A stretch of 64,000 bases of DNA from Amphiscolops sp. MND2022 (Eukaryota). The translations under genes and the position numbers were made by a program. Shown one piece after another: positions 25,833 through 38,378 of the stretch (position 1 is its first letter; each line of letters begins with the position of its first letter). The notes under the pieces were generated by a model. That model was not told the origin of the DNA and searched no databases. It was given only the letters and a program-made list of their open reading frames with translations. The stretch spans positions 43,586,001 through 43,650,000 of the forward strand of contig OZ076415.1 of NCBI GenBank assembly GCA_964187785.1, given 5' to 3'.

Positions 25833-26389
25833 AAAAACAAGAAGGGAACGTCTAAAGTCGGCGCTATATCTAAGGCTCAAAAAGCGCACTTGAAGTTTTT
25901 TGATTTCCAAACATGAATTCTGTTGCAAAATAACAAAAAACTCAAAAGGGGGACCCTTTGGGGACATTAAAAAATTTTCGAAAAAAAAGACGCACAGTGC
26001 CGAAAAAAAACAAAAGGGGGACCCTTTAGCATCGGCCGGTTTTGTAGGTTACGTTAAAAAAGTAAAAAATGAAAGGAGGGACCCTTTGGAGACAACAAAA
26101 TTTTCGAAAAAAAGTCGCACAGTGCCGAAAAAAAACGAAAAAAAAATCGAAAGGGGGACTTTTTAGTCCCGTCCTGTTTTGTAGGTTACCTTGAAAAAGT
26201 AAAAAATGAAAGGGGGGACCCTTTGCACTAAGTTTGCCTATCCCCTTTGCCGGACTGGGCGCCTTAGGTGGTTTCAGGATTGTTTCTAAAAAGTGGACCG
26301 ATCAGTGTGAGAATTGTAGTCTGAAGAAAAAAACAGTCACTGCTATAGTCGGGCATTTTTCCCTTAATTGAAAAGCGCCGATTAAAAAA
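25833..26389 (+). mobile_element. Non-autonomous repeat with subterminal inverted repeats (HINE/DINE-like or MITE)
   Basis: 5' AGTCGGCGC (25856), 3' GCGCCGATT (26375) and an internal AGTCGGGC (26347) that can form a 3' hairpin. Internal gggacccttt and gtcgcacagtgccgaaaaa repeats. Relatives at 33025-33683 (-), about 37280-37420 and about 41100-42200. Confidence 0.6.
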
Positions 26390-29300
26390 GATGTCTCGCG
26401 ACCCGCTCCCGGTCGCGGTTTCTCGTGTTGCTCCGCCATACTAGGATTCGGGAGAGGACGTGGCCATAGATACAGCAAGTATCTTTGAACGAATTCAAAT
26501 TAGCAAACTCTACTTACAGTACAGCTAAGTTGTTTGCAGAAAATTTTTCCGAATAACAAAATTTACGTAAGCGTTACGAAACCAAGGTAAAACTTCCGGT
26601 GATTTAACATTAGATCATTTTACACGTGATTAGTTTTAATTCCTGTCTATCTTCTGGAAATCACATGCTAATCTAAATAACAAAACAGAAACAAATTACG
26701 TAACAGGAAATTAACTCCTCCTTTCCACCCTGGAAACAAAAAATCAAAGATAAAATTTAACTCCGTAATCTCAAGGGAATTCATACAATCTAAAATGAAA
26801 AATATACACAGAAGTGTAGTGGTTGTTTTCCAACAATAAAGTAGCTGTCGAAATTCACTTCAATTACAGTCAAATAAGTTAGAAGAATAATCACAACGCT
26901 ATGACAACGTCACTCAGAGGAACTAGTTACTGGTGTTTCTTTTTATACGGACCAATTGCGTCGCTCCCTTAGCTGAAATATTTGCGCTCAGTCCAATAAG
27001 AATGATTTTCCCGTGACGCCATTGCCTCTGAGAATAAGAATGAACGCCTACGCTCTCCGTTTTCTCTCCGCGAGCCGCCGTTCACCTATATCTAATCGCT
27101 AAAACGTACGGAGACGTTACGGAACGAATTGTGAGATTATAACAGCGGGTTCACACTTTAAGCTAGTTTTGAAAGGATTTCTTAAAAGGAATGATGCACT
27201 AAGTGATTTTCGAGAATCGAAATTACATAAAAAAAACTGTATTGTAGGGCGGAATTGCGAAATTATGTTAATAACCATGAATGGTGTTTTTTTTACTAAG
27301 ATGATTGGAAGTGAAATCACGTTTACCTTACGTTGCAAACAAATTATTTTTAGAAGATCACTGCTGAACATTCAACTCATATCTTTGAACTGTAATTTAG
27401 TAGTTGGTCCGAGGATGCAATGTAAGGCCATTGTCTCCCTAACCTGATAAACTAGAACTGTTTCTTGCAAGTCGGAGCGATCTGATTTAAACATTTTTTT
27501 TGAGTTTTATTTTTGTGCTACGCTGTACAATAGTGACCATTGTAGCTAGGTTAGTATTTGATTCCAATCTAATCACTGTTCAAATTGTGCACTATTTTTG
27601 CAAAAACGGGTTATGTTGGCTTTTGTGTTGAACCTACAATATAAACAAATAAGCCATGCAGTTTGTTAATGTTTCCTAATCAGAGTTTATACTGGTGTAG
27701 ATTTCAGCAAAGTTTATGCTTGTACGGGTAACCAGGGAGTGTTATTCCTGCATCATTTGTTAAATTGTCAGCATTTAGGTTATCCTACGCTCTCAAAGTA
27801 TTTACTCCGTTTCAACTGCGTCGTGATTTTTGAGTGTCATACTTTTGGCTTGAAATTCAAAATTTTGAAATCGGAAATTGACTAATTGATCACGCCGGCG
27901 TACCGGCGTACTTCCGTCGATAGAAATATTGAGCACACCTTCATTATTGCCGCCATTTCAAGACTAAACACAGGAAATGTACTAGAATGAACAACAATGA
28001 TTTCCACAAATGTTACGGTATGGTGACGGAACTAGAAATTTTCGATACCTAATTCTTTGACGTGGGACTGGAATGATTTCAATTCTTAAGAACTTTTAGT
28101 GGACAAACCCAATTTTTACGATACCTAGAAGTTTTTTGATGAGGAACATTGATGCTAGAATAGTAAATGTTGCTAGAAAGTACATGTACATTTAGTCAGT
28201 TCTATTATTGTTGTGCCTAATAGAAATCATCGATGACCTTTCTTCGACGAATTCATAAACTCTAAAGATCTTTTTCCAACTGAAAATGACTACTGGAAGC
28301 CTGAAAAAGAAACCTGTAGCTGAGTTAGTCTCGAGGGAATTTGAAGCTTCAACTTCTGAAAGCAACCTAGTTGAATACTGCGTAGCAGGTCCGAGTAAGT
28401 TCCGAAAAATCCAGTCTCAGATTACCAACGAGGACATATGTCTGACCTCACCAAGATCCTTGCTTAAAACCAAAGGAGATACTAAAATTAATACCACCAG
28501 TTGTTAAAAAACTTACATCTGTCCAAAACCTGGAAACTTCTGATTCTGGAAACTCCGGAAAAGGTTCTTCCAAATACAACATCAACCCCAATTAAAACAG
28601 AATCAAAACAATTCCGGTGAATAGTCGTAACAAAAAAATGTATCAAAGCAAAACTTTAATTCTTTCGATTACGTTACAGACGTTGTGTGTAGTGAATGTT
28701 TCAAAAATTGTCCCCTCCTGAATTTCGTTCTCAAAAATATCTTCCAAGAACACTGAACTGAAAACACTCGTGAAAATTTTTTCTAAATTTCAATTCCAAA
28801 ATATCGTTTACACATGCAGTTCATATCATGGAATTACGTTTTAATCTAATTTTCAAGAAATATATGGCTCACAAAACAACAACAACATAAAAAGTATTGA
28901 TAATGATTCGGTCAATAGAGGTTCCGAAATTTCCAAATAAAGCATGGTTATCTTCACCTACAAAAAAAAAACACGAAAAGACTATACATTACTGCAAGAT
29001 CACTGAATTATGAACGATTAAATGTACATATATTGAAAGTGATGAAATTTCGTTATTGCAAGCTTGACATTAAACAACAAAAATTAATTCGTTTTTCTAA
29101 ACTCACTGGTTGAAAAATCAGTTGTAGATATCAATAGAGAAAACTTGGAATTTCACTTTTCACTTTTAACAATAACCTAATTTGGCAAAAATTTCTAATG
29201 ATTTTCGTCCGTTGATGTCATATCTGCATTTATAAAATTTCGATTAGACAAGATCTCGTAAAGGAAATATTTTTCAATCAAATTCAACATAATTAAGAAT

Positions 29301-30989
29301 AATGAAGAACATTTTGGAACAATCATAAAGGATTTTCGCCCAAAACTTTCATCATTTAACATCAGAACAGAAAAACCTTTGGCATTCCGAATAATTTCGT
29401 CCATGTAGTTAAAGCATTGCCAATATTCGAATGTTCCTTTTGTTAATCAATTTTCAATAAATTGAAAAAGGAAAAAGGCTCCTTTTGTATACATCTTTTT
29501 TGTTAACAGCTATAGCCACAAAATTTTGAAATGTTATCGATTAAAGTTTAATATATAATCATACATGTTCGCTATTTAGGTTATTAACAGTAACACTAAA
29601 ACCATCTATTAATATTAAGAATTCCTGCATCGAAAAACTCTCTAAACTTTCCTGCTCTATGGATCATTGGGAATTATCTGTAAGATATGGGCACATAATA
29701 GCAGTTTCGAAAGTATCTGTCCATTAATGATAATGGTAGTAGTACCGATACCTTGTACCGATCGGTTCCTGATTGATGATGAAATAGTATGCACAAAAAC
29801 ATTTGAGGTAGTAATGGTTTTATCCACAGTTTTTTCAGTGACTGTTAAAGACCCCAAAATGAACATTATAATTAATCACCAATGGGTAGGTTCTTATTGC
29901 ACTGCAGTTTATCCAGGGACTCCGTAAAAATAACGGTGTTTTATGGACGAAAAGCCGCAATACGTGAAGGTTAATACTTCGCAAAAAATAAACCATTTCC
30001 CTAACTTTCTTTAAAAGTGAATAATGGAAATAAAGGTGAATTTTCAAAACAATTTGAATAAAAAGTCAAATTAGGTTATGCTGGCAATCAATGCTGGCAG
30101 AATTTTTTATTAACCGATAAGAACAACTCAACAGTTCGCAGTGCGTTGGTGTGACGTTGTGCCTTGAGTACCCAATATTGAGCTTGGCGCGGCTAAATAC
30201 ACGTTCACAGATTTTTGCTTTCCACATGCGTTGGCGCCAAAATTATCTTGAATTCTTTTAGGTATGTGAAATGAATTATTTCCCTAAGCTGTACCTTAGA
30301 AAAAAAATATTTTCGCGATGAAAAATAAATAATTTAGAACCATAATTTTCATGAAAATTATTTTTTCGGAGTCCCTGAGTTTATCACAGCTGAAATGAAT
30401 GAATTGTCATTATCTGCACAAAAACTATCGGATATTCTTTTCCGATAGATATTACTTTACTATACTAAATATGGTATAGGTTATAGATTTGATGATAGTC
30501 AATGGCAATATGTTAGCATCAAAAACATGAAAAAATGAACATGTCTGGCGGTTAAGAACACAAATTACATGAGTGCATGAAACTCCATGGTTCAACTGCT
30601 GACTTCTGAACTTGTCTCTCTTCTGTGTTGACCAAGAACATGCATGTAAACTCCATGCCTGCCATGCATGACCATGCACGGACATATAAAAACCGAAAAA
30701 AAAACATTTTAAACTTTTTTGCGCTCCGAAAAGTAAGCAAACTTCTCAAAAAACATTCGAAAGTCAAAAATTCGATTTAAGCGCAATGCATCTCAAATTT
30801 TATTTCAGTTTAGTTGCGGTGTAAGTGCAGAAAAGTCTAGCCGTTCCGCTGGTTTCCAAGGAAATTATTCGCTAGCGATGTTATAGCTGTTTTTATATAT
30901 TTTCATTTTCTAAAAAGTTTTTCTCCATTTTTCACGTTTTGGGACTTTTTAGCGACGATTAAATGCGGGGAAAATAAGGTCAAGTTAGA

Positions 30990-31215
30990 TGGACCATGAA
31001 TGGAAAACACATGGACCGTGCATGGAAGTCTTATGTAGGCATACGTTGGCCATGCTTGAAAGCACATGATTGTCAACATTGGGTTCCCAGTGTTCGAAGC
31101 CATGGCATCCTTGCCAAGATCCATGGCAAGCTCCTTGGTAGCCTTGCCAAGATCTTGCCATGATCTTGGCAAGGACGCCATGGCCATGCAAGATCTTGGC
31201 AAGGGTTCCATGGTA
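30990..31215. repeat. CATG-rich palindromic repeat with a nested hairpin
   Basis: ccttgccaagatc-ttgccat-gatcttggcaagg (31142-31174) is a perfect 13-bp stem, inside a near-perfect outer inverted repeat (31101-31121 versus 31162-31182). Confidence 0.7.
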
Positions 31216-32113
31216 ACATTAGCGAAATTTTTGGAAAATTCAGAGCTCTTATTCTCAAATTGTAGCTTCGAAGTATCTAAAAATTTATTGGGACCAAAAA
31301 ACAGACATGTATAGGGTTAAACAGAAGAAAAATTGGCAGTCAAGACATTAAAGGAAAAATGTTTTTGCTTCGACCATTTTGAGTTTTTATTGCATTCTCG
31401 AACTTCAGTAATTAGGGCCCGTTACCTCAATAGATCAGGTAATAGCATGATTTGCATAATTCTAAACAAATCGTAGCTAGAAAAGTTGGTTTTCACACCG
31501 ATATCGCAAACCCGCAAGTTGCAATAACTTGATTCGGAGTTTGCTTGGTATGATAAGTCATGTTTGTAAGCTTGGTATGACAATTGTCAATTATAATCAT
31601 ATGTGATTGATCATGACCGATTTGATTGTAAAACTAGATTTGAACTTCAGCTATACATTTTTTGCCGGTTAGAATATTTTATATTTTGAACCAAGGGATT
31701 ATTTAGGGTTTAGAAAACAGTTATCTATCTATCTATCTGTATATTCGAACAAACACAAAATTAATTTACACATAATATCAAACACTGCTCAAAGTTACCG
31801 CATTCAAAAGAATACATCTTCTACAGCCCTTCTACAACCCCAACTCAACTCTTTTGGCTATCAGCCTGCTGGTTACCTGATTTAAAAAAGCAAAAACGTT
31901 GCCCTCAAGTTACCAAGATTCGAAGAAAATTGTAACTTGAAGAGCTCATAAGCTGATATTGATAAGCCTAATGGACTTTCATACTTCATGGAAAAGTCGC
32001 TTTCTAAAAATCTCATCGCGGTGATCTGCAAAAATGATTGAAACTTGATTCCGCGTTTAACCGAAAAATAATTTCTGGTAGTTTTTTATTATAGCCAATT
32101 ACGCACTTTCCCG

Positions 32114-32568
32114 TCACACCATCCCGGATGAGGAAGGTCCTTGTGGAAAAGGACTGGTGCCATCGCTCCCCTTCATCAATTTGGACGAATCTTTCTTGAC
32201 CATGTGGACTCGTTGGCCCATCATCAGGGTTTTCTGGAACTCTTTTTTCCGGTCGTTCTGTTTGCGCGGCAGGTGTACCAACCCGTACACAATGGGGTTC
32301 CAGAAAGCGCAGCTCTGGGAGAAGAGATAAGCAATAGTCTGGAACAATCTGGAGGGTTCATGACCGAAAATGACCACCATAACGCATACTACATTGTAGG
32401 GCATCCAAGCGATGGAAAAAGCAACGACTATGACGGTTGCCATGATCAGCGCCCTTCGTCTAGCCTTGTCTATGAAGTTCTTGCGCTTGTTCTCATTGGC
32501 TACGACAGCCGCGCTTCTGTTCATGCCCAATTTTCTGGCTGCTGACTCATGCTGCACTCCGTTTGAAG
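32114..32568 (-). CDS. Class A GPCR (GnRH/AKH-receptor-like), last coding exon: ICL3-TM6-TM7-C tail
   Basis: KARRRALIMATVIVVAFSIAWMPY (TM6) and FWNPIVYG (NPxxY). Acceptor ttttgttttcag at 32569, phase 1. Confidence 0.85.
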
Positions 32569-33024
32569 CTGAAAACAAAACAATTTTGAAATTGTCTCCA
32601 CGAGTTTTATGCTTACGCATCGAATGGTTTTTTGTGTTGTTAAACTATACGCGGTGAGCCATATCTGTAAGGTTCAACCTGGTTTCAGCTATTTTTGGAG
32701 AAGAACGCAGCTAAGGGATTAATTTTTTATCCTCAAGTACCTTCCATGTACATTTCACGCATGAGACGAATGTAATAAGTGAACTCCAGTTGTTATTTTT
32801 CGCCCGTATTTCATATGGGAAAGAAAAATATTTAAATCAAACGGGTTTTTTTTTACAAAATTTGCCAAGCACCAAATTTATATTTAACTTCAAGGGTGTT
32901 ACCCATAGAAATCAACTCAGATATATTTGCGATTTGTATTTGTGGAGATTTCTGGACTTTTTTTAGATGACTCCAAGGACCGCAGACTGACCCAAAAATG
33001 ACCCCAAAATGAGAAAATTTCCGA

Positions 33025-33683
33025 TTTTTTAGTCGGCGCATTTTAGTAGAAAATGTGTCCGACTTTTACAGTGGGTACTTTTTTACTCGCGTAAGGTCCA
33101 CTTTTTTGTTTATTTGATCAACAACTTGAACCATGGAGGTTCAAAACACTCGAACCAAAATGAAAGAAAAAAAACACGTCCAGAATTTCGAAAGCACTCT
33201 TAGGATCCCCCTTAGCCCCACTGTTTTTAGCACTATGCGCCTTTGTATTTTTTTGTTTCAACAAAGGCTCCTCTTCATATTTTGACATTTCCTCTGCTTC
33301 CAATTCTTTCTTTTTCAGGTACGTTCTTTGTTTTTCTGCCCGAAGCCTGTCAGGTAAATTTGGTTGAGTTTTCATTGTTATTGATTGTGACTGATTACTT
33401 TTTTTGACTGCTATGATTGTTCATGGACTGCTCTTGTTTTTCGATACACTTGAAGTGACCACGATAGTTCTACCAAACTTCTACAAAATTATCAATTGCC
33501 CCTGTTGGACCAGGCAACTGAACCAAAAAGATTTCCCGCGTAACATACAATACCAAAGGTCCCCCTTTCAGTTTTTTTCGGCATTGCTGTGAAAGAGAAT
33601 ACTTTGACACGTTGAAGTCCTTTTGCTTTTTTTGAGCCTTAGTTATGGCGCCGGCTTGGACCGATCCCGTCTTGTTACGTTTT
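33025..33683 (-). mobile_element. Second copy of the subterminal-IR non-autonomous family
   Basis: The reverse complement has the 5' ccaagccggcgccataactaaggctcaaaa end and the 3' agtcggacac...gcgccgactaaaaa end. Confidence 0.55.
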
Positions 33684-33809
33684 AAGGCAATTTTGTTGTG
33701 TTTTTGACAATTTTTTGATAGACATCGTACATTAGAATGTTGAAAAAACGTTCAACAAGGCACAAACGCGTTGTCCAATAGTCTTCTAAGTCTCCAGAAG
33801 AAAAAGGTA

Positions 33810-35660
33810 TCAAATTGACACCGAAAATGACAAAAAACCAAAAATTTCCCGATTTTCAAAGTTTTTATGCAAATTTTGTCAAATATTCGATACACTTCGT
33901 GGACTATAAAGTGGAAAAGGCTCAACATGGCACTACTTCGTTGTTCAGTAGGCTTTTCCGAAGACTCCGAAGAGATAATTGCTGTTTTCCAAATGAAAAA
34001 AATCTCAAATTGACACCGAAAACGACAAAAATCCAATTTTCAAATTTTCAAACAATTTATGCATTTTTTTTCCAAATTTTTGATAGACTTTGTAGATTGG
34101 GACATTGCAAATGGTCAACAAGGAAAAAATGTGTCGTCCAGTTGGTTTTCCCGAACAGTTTATTAGTTTATTGCAGTTTTCGAAGTGAAAATGTCTCAAA
34201 TTGACATCGAAAACGACGAAAAACCCAAAATTTTCTAATTTTCAAAGTTTTTATGCAGTTTTTGTCAAAGTTTCGACAGACTTCGGGGATTGGAATGTTT
34301 TAAAGGGTCAACGACGAAAAGGTTAGTTGTCCAGTTGACTTTTAGGAAGAGTTTATTGCGGTTTGCAAATTGAAAGTGTCTCAAATTGACACCGAAAGTG
34401 ACAAAACAGTCAAAACTTCACTGTTTTCAAAGTTTTCATGCATTTTGTTGACGTTTCGACGGTTTCCGTGGATTGGAATATTTTAAAGGGTTAAAAAGTA
34501 CAGGGTTGGTTGTCCAGTAGTCTTTTATGAAGGGATAACTGCAACGTTCTGAATAAAACATTCTCAAATTGACAACGAAAATGACAAAAATCCCCAAATT
34601 GTCCAATTTTCAAAACAACTTTTATGCATTTTTTCTTTCAAAATTTTTGACCAACTTTGTGGATTGGGTCTTTGGAAAGGGTCAACAAGGAGAGAATGTG
34701 TTGTCCAGTAGGCTTTCCGAAGAGTTTATTGCAGTTTTTTACGTGAGAAGTTCTCAAATTGACACCGAAAACGACAAAAAACCCAGTTTCGACCGTTCGC
34801 GTGGATTGAAAACTTTTAAAGGGTCAACAAGGAAAAAGTGGGTTGTCGAGTAGTCTTTAATGAAGAGATAATTTCAATGCTCTGAATGAAATGGCTGAAA
34901 ATGACACCAAAAATGACAAAAACCCAAAAAATTTTCAATTTTCAAAGATTTATTGTATTTTTTCCAATTATTCCACAGACTTCGTCAATTGAATCGTTGA
35001 AAAGGGTCAACAAGCAAACAATGTGTTGTCGAGTTTGCTTTACTGAAGAATTTATTGCAGTTTTTTAACTGAAAGAAGTCTCAAATTGACACCAATAATA
35101 ACAAAAAACTCTAAGGTTTTCCAATTTTCAAAGTTTTTATACAATTTTTGTTAAAGTTTCGACAGACGTCATGGATTGGAATGTTTTTGAGAGTCAACAA
35201 GGAAAAAGTTGGCTGTCTAAGGGTCTTTTTTAGGAGATAAATGCAATGTTCTGATTGAAAATTGACACCTAAAGTAACAAAATTCCTAAATTTCCCTTTT
35301 TCAAAGATTTTGACAGACTTCGTTAATTGTAACGTTGAAACGGGTCAACAAGGAAAAAATGTGTTGTCCCTTATGCTTAGAAAAGGGATAAGTGCAGTTT
35401 TCCAATCAAAAAATGTCCAGAATTGTCATCGAAAAGGACAATATTTTTACGATTTTCACTGTTTTTGTTCACTTTTTGTCAAAATATCGATAGACTTCGC
35501 GGACTAAAAAGACAAAACGCCAAAAACCTGGGCATATTTGTTGTTTCGGTGAGTTTCCGTTGCAAAATAAGGTCAATTTGTAAAAAAATTCCCCAAATTG
35601 ACCCTGACTTGTCGAAAAAATTGAAGTTTTTGTCGTTTCTGATGCAATTTCTGTACAATT
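33810..35660. repeat. Degenerate tandem satellite, about 185-190-bp unit, about 10 copies
   Basis: tcaaattgacaccgaaa recurs near 33812, 34005, 34197, 34381, 34564, 34754, 35082 and 35260, with shared ttttcaaag, gggtcaacaagg and ttgtccag blocks. Confidence 0.85.
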
Positions 35661-38188
35661 TCCGATAGATTTTATGCTAAGTTCCAATACAATCAACTAA
35701 ACAACAAAAAAACCAGCTATGCAATACAATTGTTGAAGAAAAAGTTGCATCGTTTTGCTTCAAAAATACTTCAGAATGACTCCAAAGCAGTAGAAAAAAT
35801 TCAACATAGTTGTTTTTGTGCAACTAGTGTACTTCTTGAAATAATTGGGGTCAGAATGCTGGCAAATTTTCAACAAAGATTAAACTCATAATACAAAAGG
35901 CTTTTAAAGAAATAATTGCAGACTTCGGTTGAAAAATGGCTCTAAGATGACCGCAAAATGTCGAAATTGTCGGAATTTTTGTCAATTTCTGACACTGTCA
36001 GTGAATATTTATTTGATATTGGAAAATTTCGGAAAAGTAGAAGCTTCCAAAAACTCCAGATGATAAAGCTAGGCCCGAAGCACGTTTGTCAATGAAATTG
36101 CTTGATTTATGATTGAAATTTACCTCATCATGACCCAATTAAAGTTTTTTCCACAATTTTAGGCCTTTTTGTTTACTTCTTGATTTACTGCCTTGCATAA
36201 AATATTTTGAAAAACTCAGAATTGACAATCTCTAGTAGACCATTTGGAAGAGATAACAGCCTGTTTTTGTTGGAATTGGTCTCAAAAACACCCAAAAAAC
36301 CATGAAACAACAGAAGGCACTTTGTTTGACGAACTAATCCCATTTTTCGTTCCAACCACGAACGTTTTGGAAGAATAGAACTTCCAAAGTCCAGAGCGTT
36401 GAAAAAAAAGGATATTGCAAACGCATTTGGGGAGAAAAGTGGGATGAGTTTTCAACAATTGTGTCAAAGTTTTCGAACTTTTGTTTTCGACAACATAGTC
36501 CCAATTTTGGACCCATTTCGAAAATTTACTTCAATCAGAAATGTCATACGCTCAGGATGGACACGTGTAGCTACAGGTAGCGTTTCGAGAAGACATCAGA
36601 CAAGTTTATTTGCTCAACTTTCAAAAAGTTTACTTGAAAGCGCAAATTTCGACCTCATTTGTCCAATATTTAATTTTCAAAACCTTCAAGCAAAATCATT
36701 AGCTATAGAGTACACCTTCCAAAGGAAAATGTTTCCAGCTACTTCGTGGGTTAGAATGGTGTAAACATTCAACAACAACTAAACCCGGTGTCCAGTAGGC
36801 TTTTTCCGAATAGACATCTGTAGATTCATGTTAGAAAGATAAGTTCCTCAAGTTGATCCCAAAGTTGTCCAACCTATTTCCAATTTTTGACATTTCTGGT
36901 GAAACAATGTGAGATTTTATAACAAACTGGCATCGCTCAACTTCCCTAAAATGGCAAAGGACCTAGTTTCAAGCTTTCACCATTTTATCAGTGTCAAAAG
37001 TTAGCTCAAGAAATACAACTCAATCAGGAGTTTTTATTTGATTTTTTTTCCGGTAAAGTTCTGTGATGGCGTCACAAGTTTCAGCTCGCAAAACTAGTAT
37101 TCTCAAGCCGAAATCAGCTATAAAAGCAAGGGGTACTCTTTGACCAAGTTAATGTTTCGGAAAGACGCATAGAGCCGAAAAAATTGGAATGAGGTAATTT
37201 TCACAATCAATAAGAAACCTCGTCAGTTCCATATGATCAGAAGTAACAAAGAAGTCACCTTTAAGACTCGGGAAACTCATTTCCTTTACAGAAAACCTCA
37301 AAACTACAAATTGCTAAAAAATGTTTTTCGAGAACTATTTTCAAAAAAATTATCGAAAATTTTTTCTTATTTCGGTAAGTCGCATAGTGCCGAAAAATCG
37401 AAAAGTGATCAGTTATCGCAGAAATAATAAATTAGGTGTTTTCTTTAAAATGGGCTAAAATGAATCAAAGCTTGCTTTTCTTCGAACTTCTTTGCGTTTT
37501 TTAGTGCATTGGCTATTCTTGACGCCTCAAGTTTATGTAGTTGTAGAACAGTTTGGGGCGGAAATTATCTCGCTGCTCAGCGGGCGTCTTGTTTTTATTT
37601 CTTTTAGGTTTGATCTCTAGGTAAAACGTCTCTGCAAGCATTTGTATTTGTTGTTTTAATGATATCATGAAAATTATTTGGGAAATTTTTAAGAACTCGG
37701 ATCCAATCTCTGAGTTGCAATGAAAACTATATACTTAAGGCTCTTGCATAAGTTTTCCATTTGAAAAGGCATCTGTCTTCCACGAAATTTACGAAGATGA
37801 CCATTATCGTTTCTCGTCATCAGTTCTATAACTGCCTGGTTGATTTTGTATCTGCGCTACTTACTTAGAAATCTTTTCGCATAACTCAAAAAACGTCAGA
37901 TCAAGGAAATCGAAATCAATTTTCTCTAAAATCACAGAAGTTCAATTTTTCCTGTCGTATATCTTGGAAAAGCAATAACAGCTATCCTGTTCTCCAAAAA
38001 TATCCTACCCTATGTGTATATATACACTTGATTTTGCTGGTCGTTTCATAAAGTTTCAAGAAAGGACCAACTGCATTGATCGGCGGTCGTATGTCGAGTG
38101 ATGAGACTCCCCTCGTATCCATGGCCCCCCGCCGATGTCCCGGGCGCACAAGACGCTGGACCCCCGCAACTGTGGAGGATGGAGGTAC

Positions 38189-38378
38189 CTGCCTGTTTGG
38201 ACAGGAAGAAGAATATGTAGAAGTACACTCCAACGAAGTAGATCAGGGGTATGAAGGACATTATCAGGTTGGCCAAGATGTTGTACACTTTGCGCACAGT
38301 CGGGTTGTACTTGCGCTCCCAACAACGGAAGTCGTTGGCCCCTGGAAACGACTCCGTGCTCTCCTCGAACACCCAAAT
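38189..38378 (-). CDS. GPCR exon: ECL2-TM5
   Basis: IWVFEE...FRCWERKYNPTVRKVYNILANLIMSFIPLIYFVGVY. Acceptor ttgttacag (phase 0). Phase-1 donor G|GTACCT at 38188; an alternative donor at 38070 is possible. Confidence 0.8.

Noticed and set aside
26390-27130. CpG-rich patch with a small hairpin and a possible ATG (MAEQHEKP...) on the minus strand
   Set aside because: It could be a promoter or first exon, but no downstream exon chain or RNA-gene signature could be established.
28286-28560. Possible LINE ORF1-like fragments (also about 61830-62250)
   Set aside because: Too short and degenerate to assign by eye.
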